A stretch of DNA of 64,000 nucleotides from Rhizobacter sp. (GTDB taxonomy: Bacteria; Pseudomonadota; Gammaproteobacteria; Burkholderiales; Burkholderiaceae_C): the NCBI GenBank assembly GCA_039931515.1, contig JBDTRU010000016.1. One strand, given 5' to 3'. A program made the position numbers and the translations under genes. The notes under the pieces were generated by a model. That model did no database searches, was not told the origin of the DNA, and was given only the letters and a program-made list of their open reading frames with translations. Below are positions 8,619-18,604 of the stretch, in pieces (position 1 is the first letter of the stretch; every line of letters starts with the position of its first letter).

Positions 8619-11111
8619 TCAGGGCGCGAACTCGACGGCCACGTCGCGCGTGTCGGTGACGCCTTGCGCATCGACCACGCTCAGCACATAGCGCCCTGCT
8701 GCCGGCGGCGACCAGCTCAGGTCTTTGCCGGCCTGTGCTTCGCCGACAAAGGCCGCGTCGGCAAACCAGTACAGCGGACCCGACTGCGCCGCGTTGGCGC
8801 GCAGGCTCAGCGGTGTGGGTTGGCCGATGCGCAGCACGTAGTTGGCACCGCGCAGCGGGGCCACGATCTGCGGGCCGTCGCCGGCCACCAGGGCATCGGT
8901 TCGCGCCGCGCCGCAGCGCGCCACCGGAGGGATGCGCCGCGGCAAGCCGGCCTGCGCAAAGATCTGCAGCATGTCGGTACCCCAGAACTCGAACACCTCG
9001 CTGCGCACGCCCGGCCCCGGCGCGCACACGGCATGGCCGGTGGCCTGGTCGATGAAGACTTCGCGGTGCAGGCTGCTGACCTTGATGGGCGACTTGCCTG
9101 GGATGAACCAGGTGCTCGCCAGGTCTTTGCAGTGCGCGTTGGGCAGGTCACCACTGGCCGCGCAGACCGACACCCGCGCCAGGTTGGCCGGTGTGGGCCG
9201 CGCCATCGCGCCGGGGTCCAGGCCCTGGCTGCGCAGGCTGTCGACGATGCTGAAGAACAGCGGCGCGGCAGTCTGCACACCGACGAAGGCCGCGTTGGAG
9301 CTGCCGTCGAAGTTGCCCACCCACACGACGAGCACGTAGCGGCCGAACACGCCGGCTGTCCACGCATCGCGAAAGCCCCAGGAGGTGCCGGTCTTCCACG
9401 CCACTGCCGGGAACGCCGGCATGCCGGTGTCGGGGCGCGGGTTGCGCGAGAGCATGTCGAGGGTGATGAAGGTGGCTTCTTCGCTGAGCAGGCGCTGGGG
9501 TGCAGAAGCCGTTCGCCCTGAGGTATCGAAGGGCCATGCGCTGCCCTTCGATACCTCAGGGCGAACGGTGGGTTGCCCAGTGCGAATGTTGATTTGCGTG
9601 TCTCGTGCCGTGTAGACCAGCGGCAACAGCTCGCCGCCATTGGCCAGCATCGCGTACAGCGTGGCCAGCTCTTCCATGCTCAGCTCGCCACCGCCCAGCG
9701 TGAGCGCCAGGCCGTAGTGCTGCTCGCCCGCGAGCTTGGTGACACCCGCCTGCTTCAAGAATCCATACAGCGAGGGCTGCGACAAGCGCGCCGAGACCGA
9801 CACCGCCGGGATGTTGCGGCTCTTGATCAACGCCTCTTGCGCGGTGATGGGCCCTTCGAAGCGGCCGTCGAAATTCTCGGGGCTGTAGGTGCCGAAGGCA
9901 GTCGGTGCGTCTTTCAGAATCGTGTGCGGGTGCAGCACACCTTGGTCCAGCCCCAGGCCGTAGATGAAGGGCTTGAGCGTGGAGCCGGGCGAGCGCTTGG
10001 CGGTGGTGGCGTTCACCTGGCCATCGATGTCGTCATTGAAATAGTCGGCCGAGCCGACCCAGGCCTTGACCTGCATCGTCGAGCTGTCGACCAGCAAGGC
10101 CGCCGCGTTGCGCACCCCCACGGCCTGCCGCCGCTCGATGAACTGGCGGATGGCGCGCTCCAGCGCAGCCTGCGTCGGTGCATGCAATGACAAGGTGGTT
10201 TGCGGCTGAGCTGGCAGTTGCGCCAGCAGTGTCTGCACCGCATGCGGCGCACCGAAGGGCAGCTGCTTGACTGAGCGCAGCTTGAGCGGCAAATCCATCT
10301 CGGCATCGCGCGCGGCTGATGCGGTGTGCTGCTGTTGCCAAACCTGCCACAGCCGCTCGCGTGCGCCCTGCAGCGCCACCGGCCACGCGGCTTCACCGGC
10401 GCCGCGGCGATTGGGGTTCTGCGGAATGACCGCGAGCGCCAGCGATTCGGGCAGCGACAAATGCACCGCGCGCTTGCCGAAGTAGACGAGGCTCGCCGCG
10501 CCCACGCCCTCGATGTTGCCGCCATACGGCGCGAGGTTGAGATACGCCTCCAGGATGTCGCGCTTGCTGTAACGCGCCTCGAGCCACAGCGCCGCGGCCA
10601 CTTGTTTCAGCTTGCCGCGCGGCGTGCCGCTGTCGATGCGGTAGAGCCTGCGCGCCAGCTGCATGGTGAGGGTGGATGCGCCGCGCCGCGCGCCGCCGCT
10701 GTAGCTCGTCCACGCGCCGCGCACGAGGCTCACCGGGTTCACACCGGGGTGCCAGCGGTACCAACGGTCTTCGTACAACTGCACCGCCTCGACCAGGCGC
10801 GGCTCGATCTCGTTCAGCGGCGTCCACACGCGGTATTGCTCGTCACTCGCCAGCGTGACGCGCAACAGCGCGCCCTCGCTGCTGTAGAAAGCGCGCGACT
10901 GCGCGGCCGTTTGCTGCAGCGGCTGGGTTGGCCACAGGCGCAGTGCGACCAGGCACAGCGCCGTGGCCAGCACCCCCACCCCAACCCATCTGAGCCGGGT
11001 ACCCGTTCGCCCTGAGCCTGTCGAAGGGCCACCGTGCACGGCGCCGGCTTCGACAAGTCCTGTCCTGAGCCTCGTCGAAGGGTCAGCCCGAACGGAGTGG
11101 GGCCGCTTCAC
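8619..11111 (-). CDS. pbpC: Penicillin-binding protein 1C, carrying two in-frame REP insertions
   Basis: Transglycosylase 'QLYEDRWY', 'GASTLTMQLAR'; transpeptidase SxxK 'SPGSTLK', SxN 'SRN', 'KTGT'; GTG start overlaps the A2M stop (GTGA). Confidence 0.93.
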   Translation of the reverse strand: MKRPHSVRADPSTRLRTGLVEAGAVHGGPSTGSGRTGTRLRWVGVGVLATALCLVALRLWPTQPLQQTAAQSRAFYSSEGALLRVTLASDEQYRVWTPLNEIEPRLVEAVQLYEDRWYRWHPGVNPVSLVRGAWTSYSGGARRGASTLTMQLARRLYRIDSGTPRGKLKQVAAALWLEARYSKRDILEAYLNLAPYGGNIEGVGAASLVYFGKRAVHLSLPESLALAVIPQNPNRRGAGEAAWPVALQGARERLWQVWQQQHTASAARDAEMDLPLKLRSVKQLPFGAPHAVQTLLAQLPAQPQTTLSLHAPTQAALERAIRQFIERRQAVGVRNAAALLVDSSTMQVKAWVGSADYFNDDIDGQVNATTAKRSPGSTLKPFIYGLGLDQGVLHPHTILKDAPTAFGTYSPENFDGRFEGPITAQEALIKSRNIPAVSVSARLSQPSLYGFLKQAGVTKLAGEQHYGLALTLGGGELSMEELATLYAMLANGGELLPLVYTARDTQINIRTGQPTVRPEVSKGSAWPFDTSGRTASAPQRLLSEEATFITLDMLSRNPRPDTGMPAFPAVAWKTGTSWGFRDAWTAGVFGRYVLVVWVGNFDGSSNAAFVGVQTAAPLFFSIVDSLRSQGLDPGAMARPTPANLARVSVCAASGDLPNAHCKDLASTWFIPGKSPIKVSSLHREVFIDQATGHAVCAPGPGVRSEVFEFWGTDMLQIFAQAGLPRRIPPVARCGAARTDALVAGDGPQIVAPLRGANYVLRIGQPTPLSLRANAAQSGPLYWFADAAFVGEAQAGKDLSWSPPAAGRYVLSVVDAQGVTDTRDVAVEFAP
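9509..9568. repeat. REP doublet (perfect 26-bp inverted repeat, 8-nt loop) inside pbpC
   Basis: CCGTTCGCCCTGAGGTATCGAAGGGC-catgcgct-GCCCTTCGATACCTCAGGGCGAACGG. Confidence 0.9.
11003..11095. repeat. Composite REP doublet in the 5' end of pbpC
   Basis: CCGTTCGCCCTGAGCCTGTCGAAGGGC ... GCTTCGACAAG[tcctgtcctgagcctcgtcgaaggg]TCAGCCCGAACGG. Confidence 0.85.
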
Positions 11112-14100
11112 TTCGCCCCCACACCCACCACAGCGATGCGACCGGCCAGCGAACGTGCCTGCTTGTCGCGCTCGTACATCGACTCGGCGTAGGCAGGCGG
11201 CACCGTGAACTCACCCGTGTTGGTGGCGCGCAGCCTGTAGCTGTAGGTCTGCACGCTGCTGCCAGCATTGCTGTAGAGCACCACGCGGTCTTCGCGCACG
11301 TCGGCATATTCAAGTGCCGGGCCGGTGACGCTGCTGGCCGCGCCATTGGCGTCGCGGCTTTGCACCACCTCGAAGCCGCCGGGCAGCAGGTCGGTGAGCG
11401 CCACGCTGGACACTCCGCCGCCGATGGCGCGCAGGCTCAGGCGCACCGTGACCTCGTCGCCCAGCTTGACCGAGGTGACGGGCTTGCCATCGGCGCCGAC
11501 GTATTCGCGCAGCACCTCCATGCCGGCCTTCAGCTCTTGCGCCGGCGGCGTGCGGTCAAAGCCACTCTGCGTGGCGCTGTAGTAGGTCGTGATGCTGCGC
11601 GCTTCGTTGGCGAGCTTGAGCTTCACCGTGCCCGGCAGCACCGCAGCGCGAGGCAGCAAGTTGGCCGGCAGCGCGAGCTCGGTACTCGCGCCCTTCGCAT
11701 CGAACTGCATCACCGACAGCTTGCCCATCGCATCGGCACCCAAGGTGCGGGCCATCGCCTCGAAGGCAAGGATGGTGTACGCCGACGACAAGGTGTTGAA
11801 CCAGCCACGGCTCATCGGCGTGACGAATCGGTTCATGGTCTGCGGCGACAGTGTCTTGAGCCGCGCCGGGAAGTGGCGCGCGATCAGGTACAGCGTTTGC
11901 GCATCACGCACCACCGGGTCGTAGTAAGGCCACCAGCGGTAGGCGGTGGTGTCGGCGTCGCTCGCGCGGGCCAGGCCGTCCATCAACTCGGCGGCAGGCT
12001 TTTCTTGCTTGAGCAGCTGGTAGGTCGCCGCGAGGTAGGCCGCCGTCGAATCGGCCTGCCACTCTTTCAGGTACTTGGCGTCCAGCGTTTCGCGCAGGCT
12101 CGCCACCAGCGGCGTGGTGACGGCGCCGTTGCGCGTGAGCAAATAGATGGCATACGCACGGGTGCGCGCCGCGCCCAGGTCGGCCGGGTTGCTGGCCGCG
12201 AGTTGCTGGGCATAGTCGAGCCCCTTGCGCAACACATCGGGCGGCACGCTGACACCGGGGATCTCCAACTCGCGCGCTTCGAGCAGCATGTGCACCGCGT
12301 AGATCGACGCGAACTCATCGGCCTGCACCGACGCGCTCCACAGGCCGAAGCCGCCCTGTGCGTTCTGCCGCGAGCGCAGCACACGCATCGCTTCGTCAAA
12401 GGCCTTGGCGGCGCCCTGCGGTGTGCTCGCACCGAACTCAGGTCGCTTGGCCAACACGAGGCCGGGCAGCACGCGGCTCACCAGTTGCTCGGTGCACTGG
12501 TGCGGGAAGTTGTCGAGGTAGGTCATCAGGCCCGGTGCCATCGCGAGCGGCAGGGCCGAGACGGCAATCTCCTGCTTGCGGTACTCGGGCAACAGGTCGC
12601 GCGGCACCGGCACCTCGGCCGAGCCGGTGAAGCTGCCCAGTGCCACGGTGACGGCACGCGGCGTGGCGGGGCGCACGCTGATGTCCATGCGGCGTGTGGC
12701 CGACTTGCCTGTGGTTTTGTCACCAAGACTGCTGGTGAATTCCAACGTCGCCGAACCCAGGCTCGCGGTCTGCGCATCTTTCACCTTCAGGCGATAGGTC
12801 GCAACCGCCTCGCGCATCGGGCTGATCTTGAGCACCTGGCTCGCAGGGCCGACGAGTTCGAAGGTCGACGCGGGCTTCAACACCAGCTGCACCGGCGCAT
12901 CTTTCGCCGAGTCGGCCACGTTGTTGGCAACACCCACCGACACGTCGAACTGGTCACCGGGCGAGACCGCCAGCGGCACGTTGGGCGAGAGCACGAAGTC
13001 GCCGCGCACCAGCGCCTTGTCTTGCGCGACGCCGACCGCGCCTTCGTTCACCGCGACGGCCATCACGCGCATGGTGCCGTTGAAGTGGTCGGGCACGGTG
13101 TAGCTGAACTCCTTGTCGCCATTCACGTCGACGATGCCCGACCAGTACACGGCGGGCGCCTCGCCCTTGCGCTTGAAGGGGTTCAAGAAGCGTGCATTGG
13201 CACTGCCCTCGTCACCGCCGGGTGCCGACTGCGCCATCAAGCGCTTGAACTCGGGCAGCAGCAGGTCGAGGATCTGCGAGGTGCGAACCTCCAATGCGCG
13301 CTTCTGGAAGAAGTACCCCAGCGGGTCGGCCATCTGGTAGCGCGCGACCTGCAAGATGCCTTCGTCGATGGCGAACACCACGGCACGCGTGGGCTGGCTG
13401 GCGCTGAGCTTCATTTTCAGCACCTGGCCCGGCTTGGTGAGCTCGGGCACGCTGAGCTTGAGCGTTTGCGTGCGCTGCGCGAGGCTGGTGGCAAAGGGCG
13501 CCACGCCATAGCTCAGCGGGCTCATGAAGATCTCGTCGGACGACGGATCGCGCACGAACTGCACGCTCACATAGCCGTTGCCTTCGAAGTCTTTCGGCAG
13601 CTTGATCTTCTGCACCGAGGCAGTGGTCGTGGTCTTGAACCATTGCTGCGCAAACACCTTGTCGCGTTCGATGGTGATCAGCCCGGCGCCCACGTACGGC
13701 GCGCGAATGCTGAGCTCGATGTCTTCACCGGGCGCGTAATCCTTCTTGTTGAGCGTGATCTGCAGCTCGGCATTGCGCTCCAGCGAGCGCGTCACGTTGC
13801 CGGTGCCGGCCACGCTGTAGTCGATGCGGTTCAGCTCGAGCCCGCTCGCATCGCGCAGCACGTAGCTGTAGTTGCCGGCCTTCTTGGTGTCGAGCACCAG
13901 CGCATGACCAGCCGCCGACAAGGCCAGCGGCTGTTCGGACAGCGTGCTCTCCTTCTTGCGCGACTCGTAGCGGTAGGTGTCATTGGGTTGGCGCATCAGC
14001 ACCGAGACCGTCTTGCGCTCGATGAACTGCAGCGTGAGGTCGGGCGCGGCCACCTTCTTCGCCTGCGGGTCGATCGCAATGATCTGGCTCACACGCTTGG

Positions 14101-17026
14101 AGGCGAGCGAGACGAAGCCGAGGTCGCCATCGTGCTTCACGCCAATGAGGAAGGGCCGCTCGGACACCAGCGCGTTCGTCTCGGCCGACACACTGCGCCC
14201 GCCCTCGGGCTCGAACACTTTGGCGAGCAGGCTCAGACGGTAGGTGGCCTTTTCGAAGCGGTTGAGCTTGAGGTCGAACTCGGCATCGCCGTTCGCATCG
14301 GTCTTGCCCTCGGGCAAGTTGTCGTTGACGCCGTCTTTCGCGCGCTGCGGGTCGAAGAACACATAGTCGGCGTAGCCGCGGAAGGCCGGCCAGGCCGGGC
14401 TCAGCGACATCGCCACTTCGACGCGGCGGTTCTCGGCCGGCGTGCCGAAGAGGTTTTGCGCGTTGATGCGGCCTTTCAAATCCTTCGGGCTGACCCAGCC
14501 TTCGCTCAGCGGCGCTGAGAGCTGCGCCGTCACCTTCATGCGGTCGGGCATGAACTCTTGCACCTTGACGGTGGTCGAGCCGATCTGGCGCTCCACCTTG
14601 TCGTCTTTCACGATGTTGAGGTTGATCGTGTAGTTGCCAGTGGGCGAGCTGGCCAGGGTGGTGTGGCTCAGCTCGGCAAAGCCGCAGGCGGCGAGGCGCA
14701 AGCGCTCGCGCTTGACGGTGAGGCCACGCGCATCGAGCACCTCGGCTTCGAGCGGCAGACCGGCCAGCGTCTTATGCCAGTCGGCCGCCTTCACGATCAT
14801 GCCGATGTGCATGGCTTCACCCGGCCGGTAAATGCCGCGGTCGGAGAAGAGGTAGGCGCTTAGCTGGTCGCTGGTGCGCGCGTTTTGCAAGCCGCCCACG
14901 TCGAAGCGCGAGAGGTCGAGGTTGCGGTCGCTGCGGTTCAGCGGCATGAAGCTCATGTCGCCACCCTTGCGCACCATCAGCAGCAACGGCGCGCGTTCAC
15001 GCACCAGGCCTTCGAGCTTGTCGAAGTGGGCGCGGCCATTGACGTCGGTCGCCTGGTTGAAGAGCGTGCTGCCGTTCTTGGCGACGACTTCGACATTGGC
15101 GCCCGCCACCGGCAAGCCGTTGAAGAGCGACTGCACGAACACATCGCGCGAGCCGTCGGTGGACTGCTTGACGACGATGCCGAGGTCGGTCACCAGCACC
15201 AGACGGCGTTGCTGCAGGCTGCTGGGGTCGACGTTGGACTCGCCCTCCGGCTGTTGCTCGTTCTCGTTGCTGCTCTCGTTGCTGTTCTCGTTGCCTTCGC
15301 CGTTCTGCGGCTCGCTGTTTTCTTGTGGCGCGGCCTGCGCCTCGACTTTCTTCGGGTCGAAGCCGGCGATCTTCAGCAGGAACAGGCCCTTGCGCTGATC
15401 GCCGTCTTTCGCCAGGTATTCGGCCAAGTCGATGGCTTCGTAGTGCGCCTTGCCCGGCGCCAGGTTGCCGAGCTTGACAACGCGCTCGAAGCGGTCGGTC
15501 AGGTTGTCGGGCCCGAAGCTGCCGAGGAACTCGGGGTTGGCATAGCTGCCTTGCGACTGCGACACCAGGTGCTGCAGTTGCGCCGGCTGCACGCGGCCGA
15601 CTTCGATCTTCAAACCCGGCAGGTCACGCACCAGCACCGCGAGCTTCTTCTCGCCGCTCATCGGCAGCAAGGCACCTTCGCTCAGGATGCGCAGCTCGGG
15701 CGGGTACGGCGGCATGGTGACCAGGCTTTGCACGCGGTCGCGCATCAGGTAGCCGCCAAATGATTTGAACTTCGGCTCGACCTGCACATAGATGACGCGG
15801 CCCACGTCGGCCCGCAGTTTGAAGCTGTGCGTGTCGGTGTGGTCGCGCTCCGACGGGATGGGCGCCAACGGCAGCTTGGTCGAGGCGGCGAGCACGGTGT
15901 CGGTGATCTCCTTGGTGTCCGACCAGGGGTAAGGGCCCTCTTCCTGGTCTTCTTTCTTGATCGTCGGGTTCTTCAGTGGCAGCAGCCAGGCCGACACGTT
16001 CTTGGCCAGCTCGCGTTCGTGCACGAGTTGCGAGGTGTGGATGACCAGCACGTGCTCGGGCTCGAAGCGCTCGTTGGTGACAACCAGCGGCGTCACGTCG
16101 GTGATGCTCAGGCCGTACTGACCTGGCACGGTGATGGCGCGGGCGAGCTTGTTGCCGCTGCCGTTGCCGCCGGCTTGCGCGGCCACACCCTTGTCAACGT
16201 TCAGCGTCAGCTGCGTGGCTTCTTTCGGTACAGCCAGCACTGCAGAGTGCACATAGGCGTTGAGCTTGAGCTTGTCGTACGAGACGGTGAAGGCAGTGGT
16301 TTCACGGCCCACACCGAGCACGCCCTCAGCCTGGCCCGCCAGGCGCAGCTCGATGCGCTTTTCGAGTTCAGCGGGGTTGACCGGGTGGCTGAAGTGCAGC
16401 TCGAACACGCCCTTCTTGATGGCCGGATCGAGCGGGTCTTGATAGAACTCGCCCTTGCGGACCTTGGCGGCGAAGGGCGCACTGCTGAAGCCGAAGTCGT
16501 AGGTCTGCAACTGCATCTGCGGCGCGAACAACTCGCGCGCCATCGTGGCCTTGAAATCCACGCCCACCGGCCATTCGCTCTTGGGCTCGAAGGCGAGGTG
16601 GCGGTCGTCTTGCCATTTCCAGCTGCCTTCGATGGCCGGCGTCACCGTGATGCCGGCGTCGACTGTCTTGCCCACGGCCGACAGCGGCGCGACCGACTCG
16701 TTGAAGGTGACCGTCACGCCCTGCGGCGTGCCGCCGTTGGCGAAGTCGGTGAGTGCCGGGCCGTTGACGGCCAGGGTCACTTCAACGGGCTTCGGCTGGG
16801 CTTGCCACCAGGCGTAGCCGTAGTAGCCGGCGACGCATGCTGAGATCAAGCCCACTGCAACGACAGCACTCAGTTTGCGATGACGCCCTAGCAGCGCCCG
16901 GGTTGCGCTGGCGCCTTGGGCGGCGCGTGCTCGGCACCAGAGCAGCCAGGGCGGCGCATTCCATACGCCCACCACCATCCCAAGCCACACCCGCACATTG
17001 CCCCACACGAGCCTCATCGCTGCCAT
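11108..17026 (-). CDS. Bacterial alpha-2-macroglobulin (YfhM-like, ~1970 aa)
   Basis: Thioester motif 'FPHQCTEQ' (12485-12496), MG2 motif 'FSDRGIYRPGE', 'VQEFMPDR'; N-terminal TM helix; coupled to pbpC; start taken at MAAMRL. Confidence 0.93.
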   Translation of the reverse strand: MAAMRLVWGNVRVWLGMVVGVWNAPPWLLWCRARAAQGASATRALLGRHRKLSAVVAVGLISACVAGYYGYAWWQAQPKPVEVTLAVNGPALTDFANGGTPQGVTVTFNESVAPLSAVGKTVDAGITVTPAIEGSWKWQDDRHLAFEPKSEWPVGVDFKATMARELFAPQMQLQTYDFGFSSAPFAAKVRKGEFYQDPLDPAIKKGVFELHFSHPVNPAELEKRIELRLAGQAEGVLGVGRETTAFTVSYDKLKLNAYVHSAVLAVPKEATQLTLNVDKGVAAQAGGNGSGNKLARAITVPGQYGLSITDVTPLVVTNERFEPEHVLVIHTSQLVHERELAKNVSAWLLPLKNPTIKKEDQEEGPYPWSDTKEITDTVLAASTKLPLAPIPSERDHTDTHSFKLRADVGRVIYVQVEPKFKSFGGYLMRDRVQSLVTMPPYPPELRILSEGALLPMSGEKKLAVLVRDLPGLKIEVGRVQPAQLQHLVSQSQGSYANPEFLGSFGPDNLTDRFERVVKLGNLAPGKAHYEAIDLAEYLAKDGDQRKGLFLLKIAGFDPKKVEAQAAPQENSEPQNGEGNENSNESSNENEQQPEGESNVDPSSLQQRRLVLVTDLGIVVKQSTDGSRDVFVQSLFNGLPVAGANVEVVAKNGSTLFNQATDVNGRAHFDKLEGLVRERAPLLLMVRKGGDMSFMPLNRSDRNLDLSRFDVGGLQNARTSDQLSAYLFSDRGIYRPGEAMHIGMIVKAADWHKTLAGLPLEAEVLDARGLTVKRERLRLAACGFAELSHTTLASSPTGNYTINLNIVKDDKVERQIGSTTVKVQEFMPDRMKVTAQLSAPLSEGWVSPKDLKGRINAQNLFGTPAENRRVEVAMSLSPAWPAFRGYADYVFFDPQRAKDGVNDNLPEGKTDANGDAEFDLKLNRFEKATYRLSLLAKVFEPEGGRSVSAETNALVSERPFLIGVKHDGDLGFVSLASKRVSQIIAIDPQAKKVAAPDLTLQFIERKTVSVLMRQPNDTYRYESRKKESTLSEQPLALSAAGHALVLDTKKAGNYSYVLRDASGLELNRIDYSVAGTGNVTRSLERNAELQITLNKKDYAPGEDIELSIRAPYVGAGLITIERDKVFAQQWFKTTTTASVQKIKLPKDFEGNGYVSVQFVRDPSSDEIFMSPLSYGVAPFATSLAQRTQTLKLSVPELTKPGQVLKMKLSASQPTRAVVFAIDEGILQVARYQMADPLGYFFQKRALEVRTSQILDLLLPEFKRLMAQSAPGGDEGSANARFLNPFKRKGEAPAVYWSGIVDVNGDKEFSYTVPDHFNGTMRVMAVAVNEGAVGVAQDKALVRGDFVLSPNVPLAVSPGDQFDVSVGVANNVADSAKDAPVQLVLKPASTFELVGPASQVLKISPMREAVATYRLKVKDAQTASLGSATLEFTSSLGDKTTGKSATRRMDISVRPATPRAVTVALGSFTGSAEVPVPRDLLPEYRKQEIAVSALPLAMAPGLMTYLDNFPHQCTEQLVSRVLPGLVLAKRPEFGASTPQGAAKAFDEAMRVLRSRQNAQGGFGLWSASVQADEFASIYAVHMLLEARELEIPGVSVPPDVLRKGLDYAQQLAASNPADLGAARTRAYAIYLLTRNGAVTTPLVASLRETLDAKYLKEWQADSTAAYLAATYQLLKQEKPAAELMDGLARASDADTTAYRWWPYYDPVVRDAQTLYLIARHFPARLKTLSPQTMNRFVTPMSRGWFNTLSSAYTILAFEAMARTLGADAMGKLSVMQFDAKGASTELALPANLLPRAAVLPGTVKLKLANEARSITTYYSATQSGFDRTPPAQELKAGMEVLREYVGADGKPVTSVKLGDEVTVRLSLRAIGGGVSSVALTDLLPGGFEVVQSRDANGAASSVTGPALEYADVREDRVVLYSNAGSSVQTYSYRLRATNTGEFTVPPAYAESMYERDKQARSLAGRIAVVGVGAK

Positions 17027-17173
17027 GTCTGCCCCCCCTGATGTTGTGCCGGAAATCGGTGGCCCATGCCACGTCAAACCGGCGGCCATCTTGCCGGACA
17101 AAAAAGCAGAGCTCAGGAAGGCTTCGTGAAGCCGATGTGAAGTAGTGTGCAAGCCGCGCGTTGCGGCGAGCTG

Positions 17174-17605
17174 TCAGGACTCGTGGGCAGCCTTGGGTTC
17201 GCGGGCCTTGCCGGCGCCCGATTTGGCGGGCCGCTTCTCGGCGGTGCCTTCGGCGGCGGGCTCGGCGCCTGCCTTGGCCTCGGCTTTGCCTTCGACCTTG
17301 CCCTCCGCCACCTTGGGTTCGGCGGCGCGGGCAGCAGCCATCTGCGGAGCAACGGGCTCGATCTTGTTCTCGCGCATGTAGTCGTTCATGTCACGCCAGC
17401 CGGCGAACACAGAGGCCTTGTCGGCCTTGCGGTTCAGCGTGTAGCAGTCTTCGATGGCCCGGCCGGCATGGCGGCAGGCGCCACCGATGGCCTTGCCTTC
17501 AGCTTCCTTGGCGGCGGCGACCTTTTCAGCCGATTCGCCGAACAGGTCGCAACCTGACAGCGCAGTGGCGGCCAGCAGGATGGAGATGAGGGCGGTATGT
17601 CGCAT
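17174..17605 (-). CDS. Hypothetical lipoprotein with Ala/Glu/Lys-rich tail
   Basis: Lipobox 'LSGC'; 'GGACRHAGRAIEDCY...AGWRDMNDYMRENKIE'. Confidence 0.7.
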   Translation of the reverse strand: MRHTALISILLAATALSGCDLFGESAEKVAAAKEAEGKAIGGACRHAGRAIEDCYTLNRKADKASVFAGWRDMNDYMRENKIEPVAPQMAAARAAEPKVAEGKVEGKAEAKAGAEPAAEGTAEKRPAKSGAGKAREPKAAHES

Positions 17606-17704
17606 GACGGGCAAGGCAGAGTTCTGATTTCATTCTCCGCAAAACCTGCGTCAGGCTTGCCGGCAAAAGCGGGGTGTTTCGCCCGCTTTTCGTTTCAGCG
17701 CCGG

Positions 17705-18544
17705 TCACGCCATGGCCAGCAGGCGCTCGACGCGCTCTTCGGTCGACGGGTGCGTCGAGAACAGGCTTCTCAAGCCGCCCGCCGAGAGCGGGTTCATGAT
17801 CATCATCTGTGCGGTCTCAGGGTGGCGCTCGGCCGCTTCCATTGGCATGCCCTGGGTGTAGCGGTGGATCTTTTGCAAGGCAGAAGCCAGCGCGCGCGGA
17901 TCACCGGAGATCTCGGCGCCACCACGGTCGGCTTCGAATTCGCGAGCGCGGCTGATGGCCATCTGGATCAGGCCGGCGGCCAGGGGCGCGAGCAGCATCA
18001 CCAGCAAGCCGACGATCGGGTTGTGCGGCCGGCCTTCATTGTCGCGGCCACCAAACATCATCGCGAAATTGGCCAGCATCGAGATGGCGCCAGCCATGGT
18101 GGCGCTGACGGTGCTGATGAGGATGTCGCGGTGGCGCACATGCGCGAGCTCGTGCGCCATCACGCCGCGCAACTCGCTGTCACTCAGCGCGCTCAGGATG
18201 CCTGTAGTGGCCGCAACAGCAGCGTGCTCGGGGTCGCGCCCGGTGGCGAAGGCGTTGGGCGCCTGCTCGTTGATCAAGTAGACACGCGGCATGGGCAGCT
18301 GCGCGCGCTGGGCCAGCTCTTGCACGATGCCGTAGAAGCGCGGCGCGCTGGTCTCGTCGACCTCTTGCGCGCTGTACATCTTGAGCACCAGCTTGTCGGA
18401 AAACCAGTAGCTGAAGAAGTTCATGCCGAGCGCGACCAGCAGGGCCAGCATCATGCCGGCGCGCCCGCCGACGAACGCACCGATGGCCATGAACAAGGCG
18501 GTGATGGCCGCCATCAAGACAGCCGTCTTCAACAGGTTGAACAT
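17705..18544 (-). CDS. htpX: Zinc metalloprotease HtpX
   Basis: '[18 protein letters not shown]', HExxH 'AHELAH', 'SRAREFEAD', 'FSTHP'. Confidence 0.95.
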   Translation of the reverse strand: MFNLLKTAVLMAAITALFMAIGAFVGGRAGMMLALLVALGMNFFSYWFSDKLVLKMYSAQEVDETSAPRFYGIVQELAQRAQLPMPRVYLINEQAPNAFATGRDPEHAAVAATTGILSALSDSELRGVMAHELAHVRHRDILISTVSATMAGAISMLANFAMMFGGRDNEGRPHNPIVGLLVMLLAPLAAGLIQMAISRAREFEADRGGAEISGDPRALASALQKIHRYTQGMPMEAAERHPETAQMMIMNPLSAGGLRSLFSTHPSTEERVERLLAMA

Positions 18545-18604
18545 GCGCGGGGTCTCCAAAGAGAAATCATCCAGACCCTTCAGGTGCGGCCGGGCGCGCA
18601 AAGT

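Noticed and set aside
11360-14518. 1052-aa plus-strand ORF and similar long ORFs opposite pyk, secD, lhr and others
   Set aside because: Antisense shadows of real genes in high-GC DNA; no motifs, and they overlap well-supported CDSs completely.
15009-15026. REP-like match 'TTCGAGCTTGTCGAAGTG' (HFDKLEG) in A2M, and a similar one in ssuB at ~37268
   Set aside because: Short, has no inverted partner and lies in ordinary coding context; chance similarity.
8619-17026. A2M-pbpC operon as a novel system
   Set aside because: This pairing is well established (yfhM-pbpC); only the REP insertions are unusual.
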